Counted from the first letter of the whole stretch, positions 25,042 through 39,119 are shown. The stretch is 60,876 nucleotides of DNA, filler included, from Sphacelaria rigidula (GCA_964200075.2; 5 parts of 5 records of this genome joined end to end with filler, not necessarily neighbours in it); one strand, 5' to 3'. The notes: generated from the sequence alone by a model not told the origin. Numbers and translations are program-made.

Positions 25042-25106
25042 ATTTTCTTGAATGAACATAGAGCGCGCACCTACCATCATCACCTGAGCTGCACTCTCTC
25101 AATCAC

Positions 25107-28100
25107 CTGAATGTCATGCACGTGACTGTGGCAGGCCCTTCGATGGTCCCCTCTCCCTCTCGGTCGTTCACGAAGCGCAACCCTACGTCGTTTGCCAGGC
25201 CTTTTCCCAGCCATGATCTGTTTGGTAATTCCAAAATCGTGCAAAAGCAGTAACGCGGCAGTGCCGTTTCCCCCCAGCCACTGATCTCAGGAATTTTCTC
25301 TATACCTTGATTTGAACCATGGCGTTTTGCAAGACGCGTTTTCACGTAAGTCGATTCCTACGGACTTGAACTACACTGGCCTAAACAGGTTCACCTGCAT
25401 AGCCAAACCACGGTCACCGGCGGGTTCACCGCCTGCTTTGTTGGGTTCAAGGATAGGGAAAGTGCTGGGGTAGTGTGGCGCTTACCTTCATGAAGATGTA
25501 CTTATGCAATAAAGCATTGCCCCAATATGGTCGTTAACCCTTTCACTGCCAGGGTGGGCGATGCGTTAATTCGTATCACTGACCTCATTCCGGAGGTGTA
25601 AATGATGCCGACTCAACAGATCGCCCAACATAGCGGTCAAAGCGATAAGCAAACCTTAGGCCACACCTTCTGGAAACGAAGAGATGTGTCAATCGGTAAT
25701 GCTCATTTCCGCCCTCCTGCAGCGTTTTGCCTGAAAATATGGACCAGCGGATAATGCTCCTCAGAATCGCTTGTTCTATACTACTTGGGGGTCCTCTGGC
25801 ACACGTTGGCGATGTGCGATTGGCGCAGTCCAAGTCTTGATCGAAATCACCAAATCGCACAAATCTAGCACACAGTGAAAAGTAACAAAAAGGGCGCTGG
25901 CTTTCTGCATTGCGTTCGGCTTGTGTGATCCCTTATTTTCCGCCAAACCTCAATATGATCGCACCGCGAGACACTACTGCGTGTCGGAGTCCTCTCACGC
26001 AGTGGAGGAAATCAGTCCGAGGTAACATTACCCGCCTGGCCGTCTTTTCCCGCGAAAACCGTCGCTGAAGGTCTAAAGTAGGGGATATCGATCAAAACCC
26101 TTTTTCCGTTCTCATAAGAACTAGTATCAGCCGTTTACACGCGCCAGGCATAGAAAGATAATAAAGGTTCATCTGTAAAGGGTCGGCCGTTGCTACACAA
26201 AATATCGGGTCGTATGCACACTCCGAGCAGTCCTGACCTGACAACGTCTTGTCGCCGGTGATTCGCACGGTAGTGCTCCAACGAGTTCTCAATCGAAGGC
26301 ACGGTGCTATTTCACTATTGGAGCCGAACGAACCCCTGCTGACGAGGTGCCTTCACACTACCGCGCGCACCTCACACTTTGCACATCTCTGTGTATGCCC
26401 GATCGCCTGTAAGTGATGCACTATAAAGGGCGGCTATTGTCAACCAGCGGTCTTCGTCCCAACTGCCACTCCGTCGACTTGACCAGTTACTTGAGGAATA
26501 AGGTGTTGGCGGGAAGCACATCGTACGCGGTGTAATGCGTGAGAGGACCGCGTGCTTAGAGGACCGCATCATAGTCCAAAACACCTCAGGATCGAGGTTT
26601 TTCAAAACCAATCGGGTCAGTCCCTGCAGGGACCACGCCCCTGATCCCAACCCCAACACTAACCCTAACCCCAACCCTAACCATTGAGGTGTTAAAATTC
26701 CGATGCGATCCTCTAAGTACGCGGTCCTCTCACGCATTACACGCGGTCCGGTCTCAGCATTCCCAAAATTCCCGAAGAATAGTGAATCGTACCTCACGGG
26801 TATGACACTGATGTATCCTCCCGAATCTCCGACGGCAAGGAGTGGGTATGGTTCCAGGAAGCACATGCACTGCACCTGCTCCACACACAAAGCAATGATA
26901 CGTTTTTGCTGCTGAAAATAGACCTTGTTCCGACAGTTCTTCGGAGCAATCCAGGTCCTTCCGGCGGTCGAAATACCAAGGTTTGTGAACTGCCGAGGTA
27001 CCGAAAATGTTTGGTTCACCACACATACACACGACTGCTTTGGTCACCTTATCGATTTGCATAATATTGTGACTACCATACCCGCAAGATACGCGGAGGC
27101 TGTCGAACCGGCGAGTAAACAATATTTCGGCGAGTGCTGTCGATACCTGTGCGGAAAACAGACTGGAAATGTAGGCGTAAATATCCGAATCTAAGTATTT
27201 ACATGTGAATATTTTCACAGCCGCTAGGGATAACCCCTAAAGCTTGAGTGAAGCTCCAAGGGCACTTTCTACGACACACCCCCCCCACAAAAAGTGGCTT
27301 GTTTGGGGAGGCAAAATCTACACGTAAATCGATTGAAATGGGAAACGCCAAGCACAACGAGCAGCTGGGAATTCCAACGTTTGGGTTCGTCTTCGCCCTT
27401 GTCGCCCATGTTAGGCGCTTCATGCAGCCTGGAACCGAACATCAGGCGCTGTATGACCATCTTCTTCGTGGCAGTTTTGGACTGGTTTGGAGGGGGGGCT
27501 ATAGTAAAAAGTGTTCTAGCCATTCTTTTAATGCCGCCATTTCGGTAAAGTTGCTCGTTCCTGCTGGATAAACTGGGATCACAAGACACTTTGAAAACAA
27601 CAAGGTATAGCAACGCTTCCAACGTGATGGGGAAATATATGTATTGGGCGCGTATGCTCGACACTTCCTTGTGCGGATCGGAAACATGGGCCAAAATACC
27701 CAACGTTTTGATGAAAGTGAAGTCACCAATAGTCGCACTCCCGCTGTCTCCAGGGAAGTCTGCCGAGGCGTTGCAGGAGAGTGCCTGTGAGAGGCCTTTT
27801 CAATCCTTCTACATTTGCTTACAAAGTTTGAAGCGACAATCGGGGATCAACACGATGTTTTGGACGCCTGTGTTTGAAGTGCCCTTCTCGTGAAAATCCC
27901 GGTACGACCTCCCAGTCCATGTTCACGGCCATCAGAATGAGTGGAAGAGTTGTGGCGAGGAATACTCGTGTTTTTTTCATGCGAAATAGAACGGATTGTG
28001 CTTGAGAACAATGCGTATAGCATCTCACCCTTAAAGATACACCAGAAGCATGCATGACAAGGCGTGAAGGTCGGAGTAATAGCCCGAGATGAGTAGAAAA

Positions 28101-31100
28101 GCTAATCGAGACGCTGAACATCGCGTTGAGAGCCCACCACGCACCTTCGGGAAGCGGGACGAGTGTTGACAGTATACATGCTTTTCCACTCTTCGCCTCA
28201 CCCGGTTGAGCGCCAAGCGTTTTGATGGCGTGATTCGTTTGCGAGAAGCATCATCATTTACCACCCATGCCCCAGATTGAAGTTCCACTTGCCTCACTCA
28301 ACCAGAGAGGTCAGTTGCTTGAGCATAGGCACAACACTCCCATAAAACAAGAAGAAATATCAGTCGAAACGGGATGGAAACGCCAATCATACCCCATCAG
28401 TCATCTACTCATACAGTTTATCTTCGTCGTGCTCTACGTCCCTTCCTGTCCTCGGGACGCGTCCGTAGACCCAAGAGATCAACGCCTCTGTCCGCCAGTA
28501 CCCACATGACATTTCAATACCGGGGATGGGGTCAGTACTCCCGCACCTCGACGATCCTAGTCGAAGCTTTGTAGCTACCGCGCCCTCACGCGGAAGCCAG
28601 GTTCTGCCCAAACGGGCCGCATCTGTCAGGATTCACACCCACGAACTTCCACCCCGAACAGGCCGTTGATGTATCAGTTCGACCGCCGCGGCAACGCACA
28701 ATTATATAAGGTGAACTTCACATCAAACGTGTACCTCATGACCCACTGTGCAGCTTCCCTCGCATGACAGGAACTGCAGATCCCACAAACGGCAAGATCC
28801 CCCGGCAGAACCCGAAGCTATCAGGCTAAAATGACGAGACACCACGACGCAGTTGATGTCCGAGGAGTGAGCTCCGTCCACCTGATATGTGCACGGTCGC
28901 AAACGTGATTCGGGCAACGATCCTGCTGGTATATTTCCTCTCCTCCAAACGCCCGGTGTATGAGAACGATACGGCGGTATGGATGAATACACCATTTCTT
29001 GGAACACCCGTTGCTGGATTACGTTTCATACGACAATATGTACGGGCGTAGTTGGTTGTTGTATATAAGTGCGTGTCTGAATCTTCGTAGAATCTACGGA
29101 TTCCGTGCTGGCTTGGGCGGCACCAAATTCCTCGTACTATCGAAGAGGTACGAAGAGAAACGATAATATCTACGCGCTCAAGGACAATGAAGTCTACTTA
29201 CAGTTGGTTGCATGATTTGATTGATTGTCGCACTTTAGCTGACCCCCCAGGGGTCCAGCCGCTCCGTCTCGAAAGGGATGCGTGGTCAATGGTCAAATGA
29301 CTAAGGCAAGCAACAAATGAGTACGCCCCCCCCCAGGGGTCCAGCCGCGGTTTCATGATAAAATCTACGCGCTCTAGGACAATGAAGTCTACTTACAGTT
29401 GGTTGCATGTTTGTAGTACTTATGTTCTTAGTCTGTATTTCCAATTTTAGAATATTTTTCTTAGCAGGACAAAGTTCGATGTCGTAGATTGCAAAGGATT
29501 TGATGCAGGTGCACCGGGACCGGTCCGGCAATGTAAAGCATCGGTCTACTCGTTGTGTTCATTCTTCGACGCCTAAGCCATACCGAAATGATCCTCAATC
29601 CTAAATACAACACTCGATCATGAATAGCCGGCTCATCGAAGCACCCCTCTCGTGTACCGCCGTCACCCCAGGTTTCGATCACACCTTCCGTAGAAGAGGT
29701 GGGTCCCCTTCCCTGGGAATTTCGTCGTAGACACGCAGGGATCGATCCCAGCCCCCGGAAACAACCACCTGACAACGGCATTTAGCATACAGAGCCACTC
29801 ATGGTTGAGGTAACGTAGCCCATGAGATATAGTAACGTAGCGCATTGTCCGGCTCATTCAAAGAATAGCCTATTTCCAGCCGCTGGGCCACGGTGATCTG
29901 ACTGGTGCGTGTCAAAACATATTCAGGCGGACAAGGGATGCTACTTCCCAGCAGATACGGTAATATCCGCTGTTTTCCTCGGGGGTATCTAGGTGTCGTC
30001 CTCGAAAGCATGGGGACGCAAGCAGCAAAGGGAACTTTGGAGAACGTTGACGCGGCTTGGCAGTACTGATCCAATCCGCGATAGCAAAACGTAAGGCAAG
30101 TAAGGCGAGGGGAGATAAGATGATCTGGTCGAAATACAGACATGTCCGTAAAAGGGGGAGGGGTCAAGAGCGTGACGAAAAAAAGGAGGGGGGGAGACGT
30201 CGCGCGTCACTATCGACCACTGCGCGCGTGGCGTAGTCAGCGGCGTACAATAATCAGGGCTGATCTTGGGCAACCATCGGACGGGTACAAAGCGGTATAT
30301 CATGTCCTCTGGGGGGCTTGCAGCGCCCGCGTGCAACCACGATTGGTAATCCCGAAATCTGGTCGACTCTAAAATCGTGCCAATGAAAATCATGAGAGAT
30401 ATGTAGTGTTATACCTGGTCCTCGGCGACGTAGGCGAGACCGCTGACTGGACCCTTATGCCGCGGGGTCATGCTTCGAATGTGAATACCCTGCGAGCATT
30501 GACGATAGTGCACCGCAATGGCGGGGTTCAAGTGTATGTGTTTTTGTGTCCTGCAAGCTAAGGTATCACAGATCATATCGGTGAATTTGAGCACAGATCC
30601 ACATACCGTAGCGTGACGTAACGCTCGCCGTCTGCGTTATGTACAAATCTACTCTGCAACACACAATTGACCAACTTAAGCATGCTCTTCGGTGACCATT
30701 TTGCAAAACCTTTGTCCATCTTGACGTGTCGAGAGGATCATCACCCAGCGACGGCTTTTTCCTCAGTACTGTCGTAACCGCAACCTAGCCCTGTTCCTAG
30801 TCCTTCCCGGAGCAATGCTACGGAAGGGGTGCACTTTTAGCGCAAAATCTTGTCTAGTTCAGGGGCCCCTAACGATTCTAGATTCAGAAGCATATGGGGC
30901 AGGGAATCCCCGTCTGCAAATTCATTCGGGATACCCCTATTACAGCACATTGGAATAGTAATCCTGGCGTACTCTCACATATTTCATAAGTTGTGCTTTG
31001 GATGAGATCAAGGGCTCCTGACACTTCTAACTTCAGAAAATATGTATGCACCCCTACCGTAGCATCACACCCCGTCATCCCGTCTCAATCGCGATGTATA

Positions 31101-34100
31101 CCCGACTGCCAGCCCTTACCTGAAGAAATCCAAACACGACTATCTCGCCGGTGCTGGAGCCCAGGACGAGTCGCCGCTGGCCGGCATCAAGCGTTGCGCG
31201 CACTATGTCTCCGTCGCAAGCTCTGTCCAATCGTATCGCTTTCCTTGACGTGACGGTATCACGAGAAGGACGCCGTGATGAGCACAGTGAGACGGTACGA
31301 CTGAATTGATCCCGACAGCACCATCCAGCAGCGTTGTGTGACTCTCGTGAACACGCCGCACCAAAACGGCAGATGGACGTGGAAACAATCTGGCTTTCCT
31401 GAGAGTACTTGCTTTGAAACACCTACGGTAAGAAATAAGCGCCTGTGAACGAAACGCTGATATCCCATCTCCAATATGATCGTACTGCAGTGCCTGTAGC
31501 TCACACTTATCGGAAAACAGAACCAAATGGGAGCATGTTCAAACCCGTCTGTGAGAAATACGACTCCATTGAGCTACATACAGTCTACGTTGTTTTTGAT
31601 GTTATCGCTGCTTCCTTTTTTCTTCCCTTTCTGAGGCCGTTGCTTCTGTCTTTTATTGTTCCTTTCCTTCCTTTTTATTTTTGTTATTCTGTTATTTTTT
31701 CGCTGCTCCTGACCACGGGCTGGATTGTTGCATTCAGCTAGTAATGTGAGATAGCCAATCAATCAATCAACCAGTCTGCACAATACTTGTCGAAAGACCT
31801 ACAATTATAAAAGATTTCGGGCAACCGTTGAATAGCATGTCTCCGCTCACGGTGCAGTGTTGGAGAAAGACACTTGCCGCCATGAAAGCATGTCATCGTT
31901 GAGAGAATGACTGGTTGGTGGTTTGGGGGTAGCCGTTTACACTATTTCGACACCCCCAGAGCTGGTTCAGCAATGCATGGAGCTGTATCCTCTACTTCCA
32001 TACTTTCCGTCTCGGTCACTGGTGTAAAACCTTCTTACCCGGTGCAGGCGTCCCAAACAGTGACAAATGGCCCGTTACAGGTCACGAAGCTCATGCAATT
32101 GCAGCTGTACAACGCCGTGGACAGCGGCGGCTCTGACGCCCTCGGATCAACGGCATCATAAATTCTTAGCTTTCTTCCTGTTGTCACCACAGATACTCCA
32201 ATGTGACTCCATCTGAGATGCGCGCATAGGATAGGGTCGGGAGGAGTCGGGGGGGGAGGGGGGAGGGGCAAGCTGTACGGTTAGACAGACGGCTCCACCC
32301 CGAACAACGTATTCAGGACGTGATCGGCGGAGGTTGTGATATGAATTTCTTAAAAAACAGGTTCTGAAAGATACCCAGTACTAGTTGCGCAAGGTGGGCA
32401 ATTTCAGCATCTGTCCCCCAAAGGTTGGTATGTTGGTCGAAAATGAAATATGTGAGGGCGGGGAGCGGGGGGCGGTGAGGGGTGTGAAGGTTTCCAATTC
32501 GAGTTGTTACGGTAGATGAGACGATCATACGAAATTGGGGTCGGTACGCACACGTGGATAGATAGAACCCTGTGGGGCGCACTGTGCAGGGCCCGTACAG
32601 GGTCCTCCACTGGCTTTGTGAAAAACCCTGACAGTGAAGAGGCAAATCTATACCTGTCTTAGCGTTTTGGTCGAAACCCTGCAAGCAACCCTGTGGAGAG
32701 ACCCTCCCAATTTTGAAAAATTTAATAAAAATATTTTTTGTTCGATTCAAATCGGGCAAAAAGGGGTATGTCCCGGACAGCAGGACAAGCTATTCAAAAC
32801 ACATCCTTTTCTCGCCCAATATAAATGAGCAAAAACAGGATTTAGTTCGAACAGCAGAAGAACCTTTTCAAAATAGATCATTTTTTCGCCCATTTAAGTT
32901 GGGCAAAAATATATATATTTCGAACGGCTTTTTCCACCGCACAAGTCCCATGCACACTGGCAGATTTGGAATTTGAACAGCAGAAAAAGCTCGAAATAAA
33001 TCTTCACTTTGCCCTCCATTTCATCCAGAAATTGGGCAAAAAGATATTTATCGCGAACAGCATCAGCTGGGCATTTCCCGCATACTGCACCGTTATCAGC
33101 GTATGGGATCCGACACGCAGAAAAAGATGTTGAAAGTAATTCATCCTTTTGCCCCGGAGTTCATGTACCAATTGGGCTCAAGGATGAATAATTCTCAACA
33201 GCTTTTGCTGAATAGAGATCCAACACACTGCTTACGAGTGTATGTCCACAAGCCTATGAGCTTAGATACGATGCTTTGGCTCCAGGCGCGGATATGCTGA
33301 GAAGACGCCTTACACCTCACATATTACTGTACATAGCTTATGAAAACCCCGTGGTCCAGTGTCTACCAAAATCGCTCAATCGAGCATGCTTTTGTTTATG
33401 GAGGTTTTTGCTTGAGAGTTTTTAGAAGCACAAAATATTAGCTCGTGATAAGAACAAATCAGATAGCTCAAAATGCAACTCATCACAATCCCGTGCACGA
33501 AACCGTGAGTTCATTTTCTACCTCTTCAAGTTCTCGACCGTTTTTTTCTGCCAGTATCATACCCATGCTGTATGGAGTATGTTGTATGTGCGCTGTGAAG
33601 GCTGTACAGCATCATATTGACAACAATGGACAGTACTCGGGGTGACGAAACCATGTGAAGCGTACTGTGCGGCGCGAAAACAAACCTACAGCCAAATCCC
33701 CCCGACAAACACTGCACAATTTCCCTGAAACTCTGTGAAGCGTACTGTGTGGCGCAAAAAACACCCTACAGCTAAACCCCTGTGGACGTGCCCCACAGGG
33801 GGCTATCTGCCCACGTGTGCGTAGCAAACCACTCGTGGCGCCCATGTGATGATGCTACGGTTTGGAGGCACTCGGATATTTGTTGTAGCCTGTCCTGCGT
33901 GGAATATTTCTAGCTGCTTGAGTGGCAGCAGACAGCGTGGCGCTACATTATAACTCCAGTGCTGTGTGGTCATCGCACATGTGCAGAACAATTGCTGCAT
34001 GCCCTAATTTTCGCACTATGCTCGCGGCACCGCTGTACTCGTCGAGAATGTCCGGGAGAAGAGTGTACGTTAGTATGTTGACCCGTTCCGCGCGTGCGGT

Positions 34101-35099
34101 AAATATCACGGCAGCTTCAAGGAGAAAGGAGGTGTGCAACACGTGGTCACTTATCACGGGATATCGACGTTGTTTATCGGAAGCTTTGTTGCACTCAGCA
34201 TCAACTCAGCTATCAACCGTGTGACAAAAGAACACGCACTACCACGGTCAGTAGCATGATGGTTACGTGCGTTCTTCTGAGAATGTCGATGCAACACACG
34301 AACGTGCCGGCTCCAACTCTCCGCCATGTGAGAGTCGTTGCTCATGTCGAGGTGTGGTGTAGCTCAGCGACATGAGAAACGGTGGAATTATCGCTTGTGG
34401 GCACGTTGAATAATCGTCGGAATCGAGAATCTGGTTCAAGTCTTTGACCGCCAACAAAGAGCGACACTACCTTAGGAACTCGTCTCCCTCGCCGGAGACG
34501 ATGTCCAGCGATGTTGGGTGGTTGTCACCAGCGTCCACGTGGCACATGTATCTGCAAGGTGTCGAACCCGCAACGTGGAATCAATAAAATGAGACACACA
34601 ACAGTAACAGGTGAGCGCAGCAGTCCAGATTCCTATCAATCTTCGAGTGAACGCTCCAGGTGTCCTTCTTTCCTCGTACATTCATTCGCAATAGCACCCA
34701 ATGCCCCCCCTGCGCGCCAGCGTGTCATCACGTGGCGTTTGCAGCTGCAGTGCGTGGCTGCTCGGGAGAACGTCTACAGTCCCCGACCACTCCCCAGCGA
34801 GCTGCAACAAACACAGTAGCCATACTGCTTGCAAGGTTTGAAGCAAACCCTCCAAGATCAAAACTGGACAATCGTTTGCACGAGGGAACTCGATGAGCAG
34901 ATGGGTCACCAATCGGTCGCGAAACAAACACGCCTCCGGTAGCCAGTGCACGTACGTCTCGCGCGAGGTTTCATTGTTACAATTGAGGACGTACCGCTCA
35001 GAAAGGTCGACAGCGGTGTTTCTCCTGGTATCCCACAGAACAATCTTTCCCGTTTCGTCGACCGAAGCTGCTCGTCCTTTTCCCGGGGCACATGAAACG
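25107..35099 (-). CDS. WD40-repeat protein, partial; exons 35099-34995, 32212-32039, 31243-31120, 30489-30415, 28881-28735, 26875-26793, 25217-25107
   Basis: AG/GT-bounded exons with compatible phases encode WD motifs: ASVDETGKIVLWD, FVTVWD, LVLGSSTGEIVVFG, HKGPVSGLAY, AHSSDINCV..IASGSAGGSCRLWD, LAVGDSGGYISV. Start, stop and probably some internal exons were not found. Confidence 0.85.
25538..25644. mobile_element. piggyBac-like mini element, diverged copy
   Basis: TTAA|ccctttcactgccagggt...gcggtcaaagcg|ATAA; shares internal tgatgccga(t/c)tcaacagat with the 20332 copy. Confidence 0.5.
26531..26741. mobile_element. MITE with TGT..ACA termini, ~40-bp TIR, 5-bp TSD (CGCGG) and internal telomere-like repeats
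   Basis: tgtaatgcgtgagaggaccgcgt(g/a)cttagagga(c/t)cgcatc inverted at both ends; cgcgg on both flanks; (CCCTAA/CCCCAA)n at ~26646-26682. Confidence 0.85.
29261..29332 (+). mobile_element. 5'-truncated LINE-like 3' fragment with long TSD
   Basis: Flanked by the direct repeat ccccccaggggtccagccgc. Confidence 0.65.
30810..31070. mobile_element. MITE, GAG termini, 4-bp TSD CCCG (Sola2-like)
   Basis: gagcaatgctacggaaggggtgca...tgcacccctaccgtagcatcacac; cccg on both sides; homologous to 53694-53950. Confidence 0.85.
32549..33819. mobile_element. Second copy of the CACAC non-autonomous element, 2-bp TSD CG, in a WD40 intron
   Basis: cacacgtgg...ccacgtgtg termini; the interior is a reverse-complement homolog of 8293-9849 (e.g. 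ccgcatactgcaccgttatcagc). Confidence 0.85.
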
Positions 35100-36490
35100 C
35101 TGGTACAGTGACAAAACACAAAATCCAAATGTATACATAAATATGCATACAACATATTGATTGTCGTATCTTAAGTGATCTCCAGGGATCGGCAGTGGGC
35201 AGTGATCACAACGCATGAAATACATATTTGCTTTTTATCAGATGTCGACTGATGTTGCTCCTGTGCTATAACAATCGTTCCTATACATTCACGGAACGGC
35301 TGTACTGTCTGTTGCACCATCAAGATGGATATTGCTCACCAGTATATATATATGTGTGTGTTTGTGGGGACATTGTATCGTTGGTTGACGAGGATGGACA
35401 TCGAGATAGCACGATCTATTCAATGGCGTTGCTGCTGTCTTACCAGAGTAAATGTTGTCATGGTAGTTTTTTTGGATGATCATTGTGCCTATTGATTCAC
35501 CTTATGGATATCATTGCCAGATCTTCGGTTGAGTGTTACCGGTATATAATCAAGTATGGATGTCAGGGCTATGAGGAAAAATAACGACGATTTTGCCGTT
35601 GAAGATGCGTATTTCGAGGTAAAACGAATAGCGCAAAACGCCGAACACCTGGCTCGTGCACTCTCGCAAGTAACATGCCCGAGTACGATCCTATCTGCCG
35701 TGTAATTGGCGCCTTGAAATTCTACCTGCGTTGTCTCCTCTGCCAGCAGCTTGTAGTGATGTGGGGAGCTCGGCGAATGTACGTTACGATAGTTGGGACC
35801 CACGTCAGTGGTTCCCGACATTCTAGAGTGGGGACACACGTCTATATTCTTCAAATCAAGTACAAGCAGTACAGACAGATGATGACAAAATATAGTACAT
35901 CCGTGTATACGTGTGTATGCACCGGTGGTGCGACTGTCACTGCAGTAGATCTACCATTGACGTACCTACCAGTACCATGAAAATCGAAACATGTATGTGA
36001 GTACTACTCTACACAAATCTCTGCACTACGAGCTGCCAGCGGAAAGGACTACACAGGTTAGCATCCAAGACGCAGACGCGCAGCCGACACGATGATGACA
36101 CCAGCCAGGCATTTTTTCTTACGTAATCTTCCCGAACTTGTTCCGTATGTATGTCCGCGTAGTGGTAATTCCGATACACGAGCATCAGTTTCGACGGATT
36201 TCGTGGGTATGGATTCCGGCGGTAGAATATTTGTTCTGGTTGTTCGTGGTCCCAAAAGAAAAGAAGCTGAGCTGGCGAAGATGACCAAAGCCCGAGTGAA
36301 GACTGCGGCTTGCGGAGATGTTGATTCGACGCTTGACCGTGTAGTGCAAAAAACGCACTGGGAAAGAGTCGGGTTGGTCCCGCTAGACTACGACTACGCG
36401 CTCGTCCCGGAAAAGAGCGACGGGCACTTTCTAAGATAACCCCCCAAAAAAAACAGCTAAAGGTGTCACACAAAAAATGGCCATACAGCG

Positions 36491-36590
36491 NNNNNNNNNN
36501 NNNNNNNNNNNNNNNNNNNNNNNNNNNNNNNNNNTTAATTAATTAANNNNNNNNNNNNNNNNNNNNNNNNNNNNNNNNNNNNNNNNNNNN
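36491..36590. other. Artificial contig spacer
   Basis: N44-TTAATTAATTAA-N44. Confidence 0.98.
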
Positions 36591-39119
36591 AAAGCGAATG
36601 ATCAAAGTCACTCTCAATCGTATCATCTACTCTCAATCTCACGAAAACACTGTTCCATGTGAAACGTCCCATGGTTGCAATTTTTTGTTTGATTGTCCTA
36701 GTTTTTGTTCCCTAAGCCCTACGGAGTACTACCGTAGTTTGATTATGTATATATTTTTTTGACTCAATCCTTCACATGATTGCAATGATTTTGAAATTAT
36801 CGAGAAAGAAAATAATGGGGGGGGGTTGACTATTTGATACCACGATTCTCTTTTCGGGTAATATAAAAAGAAAGAAAAATCATGAGATGGGGTGATTCAC
36901 GGCGGAGTATTTTGGACGATTTGATTCGTCGGTTATGAATTTCGAGAGGGAGTTTGATATTTTGCGATCCGCGCTAGAATATTTTCCACAAAGTGATTCA
37001 CCGGCTCTGGATTTTGGGTTGGACATTTTCAAATGTGGAAAGAACATGGCGTGGATTCAACCTCGAGTATACTTCCGAGAGTGGAACGGTTTTTAGTCTT
37101 GGGTGTCACTAAACAGTTGACTATCCACCCGCCGTTCAACATGCGGGACTGACTATGCACCAGGATAACTCACGATAATTGACTGTAGGGTCATCGATGT
37201 TATGTTTTCATGTACTACATGGAGCCAATACACCCTGCAAATCAATATGTAATATTGAATCGGGGGGGGGGGGCGTTATAATACAGAGTAATTTATATCA
37301 TATTCTCTCAGGGTGTGGCGTTTATTCAAGGATTAATATCCGTCCGGATATATTTCGCATGATAGTCCTGTACATGCAGAGTAACTCCTAGTTCGACTTA
37401 TTTGCGTGCACTTGGAGTTTGGTGTACAGAGATTGATTGTTTTGTGAAGGAGGAAATATTATAAGAATGGGACGATGATTTTGACGATTTTGGGAATTTA
37501 TCGGGCCGGATGACGAGCGAAAATTGCATCAAAGATCAATAATTCGAAATGAAGTGGACTGATCGACCGCAATTTTTGGTTACAATATTTTTTGTGCTTA
37601 CAGAATTCGGTTTTGTGTTCCGCGTTTCCCCCTGATAGGATGTAAGCAGTACAAGTCGTTGTGAAATGCACGAGTGTACTGGTACATAAGTGTTCTCTGG
37701 GTATTCTAGGGTCTATGAAGTGAACGAGGTTCGAAATAGATTTTTTCGTGTTCTGACATATAAGAATCCAGGCTTGCAAGTTCTCACTGATGTGGGTTAT
37801 ATCAACTATTCTAGGCAGTTGATAGATGGTCGACATCACGGAGGCTAATGTTGTTTTTCGAGGATACAGAGTGGTACAAACAGGAGCAGGCATTGTGTTC
37901 TTATGTTGGGACAGATGGGAAATGTATATATTTTTATATTCGAGCATACCTCTAGTGTTAGCGATTTGATTTTGAATTGATTCGATTTGAACTTGAATTT
38001 CGTTCTCGAACTCGAGGGGAAGTGGTACACACACCACTACTGCAAGTTTTCATTTTGCAGTATTTATTTTGCATACTATTCCGAGGAGTCATGTTATTGT
38101 TCCGTGGAATGATATCTCGGTCACTGAACATTTTGACTGTAGACACTTGCCTGATGTAGACCGTGTCGTAGACGGTACGTTGAATCGAATTTCACATAGA
38201 CAACAGCATCTTGTTACCATGAGAATAGTGCGTTTTTGATAGATTCAAGTATTGGAAGATTGCGTGTGTTTCTTGGATGCCATCATGGTAACTGAGGAGT
38301 ATGAAAAGACGCCCACTGTGCATTCATGTGTGATTTTTGGTTGTTCCAAGGAAGATTGGGGAACTGGTAATGATTGAGATTGATACACATATATCTATAT
38401 ATTTATGCTGACTGACGCAAACAACTGTTGAAATGGAGCATGGATAGGTTACGAAGAACTGATTATATTCAGGATTTGAGCTTTCGCTTGCAAAAGTAGA
38501 CGAGTTTGCGACGTTTGTGCGTGGCTGGAAAGGTTTTTTTCCTGACGCGATCGGGTTTTCTTTGTCAGTTCTTGGTAGTATAGTGTTGGATTTATGTTTG
38601 AAAGAAAATGAAACATTTTTCGCGTTTTAAAATGAGGCACTATGTATTCAGGATAAACCATCAGTCCTAGAGCCGTAAGCAGGGAGGCTAATCGATTATA
38701 CTTACACTCCAGGATCTGCCTGGAAACAAGGGAAATGGATATCAAAATTGGATCATGACATAAAGGGGAAGCACGAATAAGAGACTAGCCCTGTTATTTG
38801 AGGTATACCCAATGTAGAGCTTGCAGTACAAATCTACGGGGGGCACACGCCTTCTCGCGTGGCGAAAGTATGGGATCATGATGTGTGATTTTGCATGAAC
38901 GATTTCCCGCCCCGCTTGATTCTGTGTTAGTTCTGATTCAGAGTTGGTGCAGTAAGTGTTTGTGCGATGTGTGTGTTTGAGTGGGTAAATATGAGTAAAT
39001 TAAATATATAAATGATACCTGGTCTCAACTGACCATGGCATGCCTACAACTTCCCGCGACAATGCACCCGGTGCATGAGACTTCCTATTAGGGGGTACTC
39101 GTGATCATGAATGGGGGGG

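Noticed and set aside
27200-28300. Possible transposase remnant in a WD40 intron (similar doubt for 17650-18170 and 33900-34900)
   Set aside because: I could not identify a catalytic motif or termini by eye.
35649-35725. Additional upstream WD40 exon (VEFQGANYTADRIVLGHVTCESARA)
   Set aside because: It is phase-compatible, but the donor is weak and there is no clear WD pattern; left uncalled.
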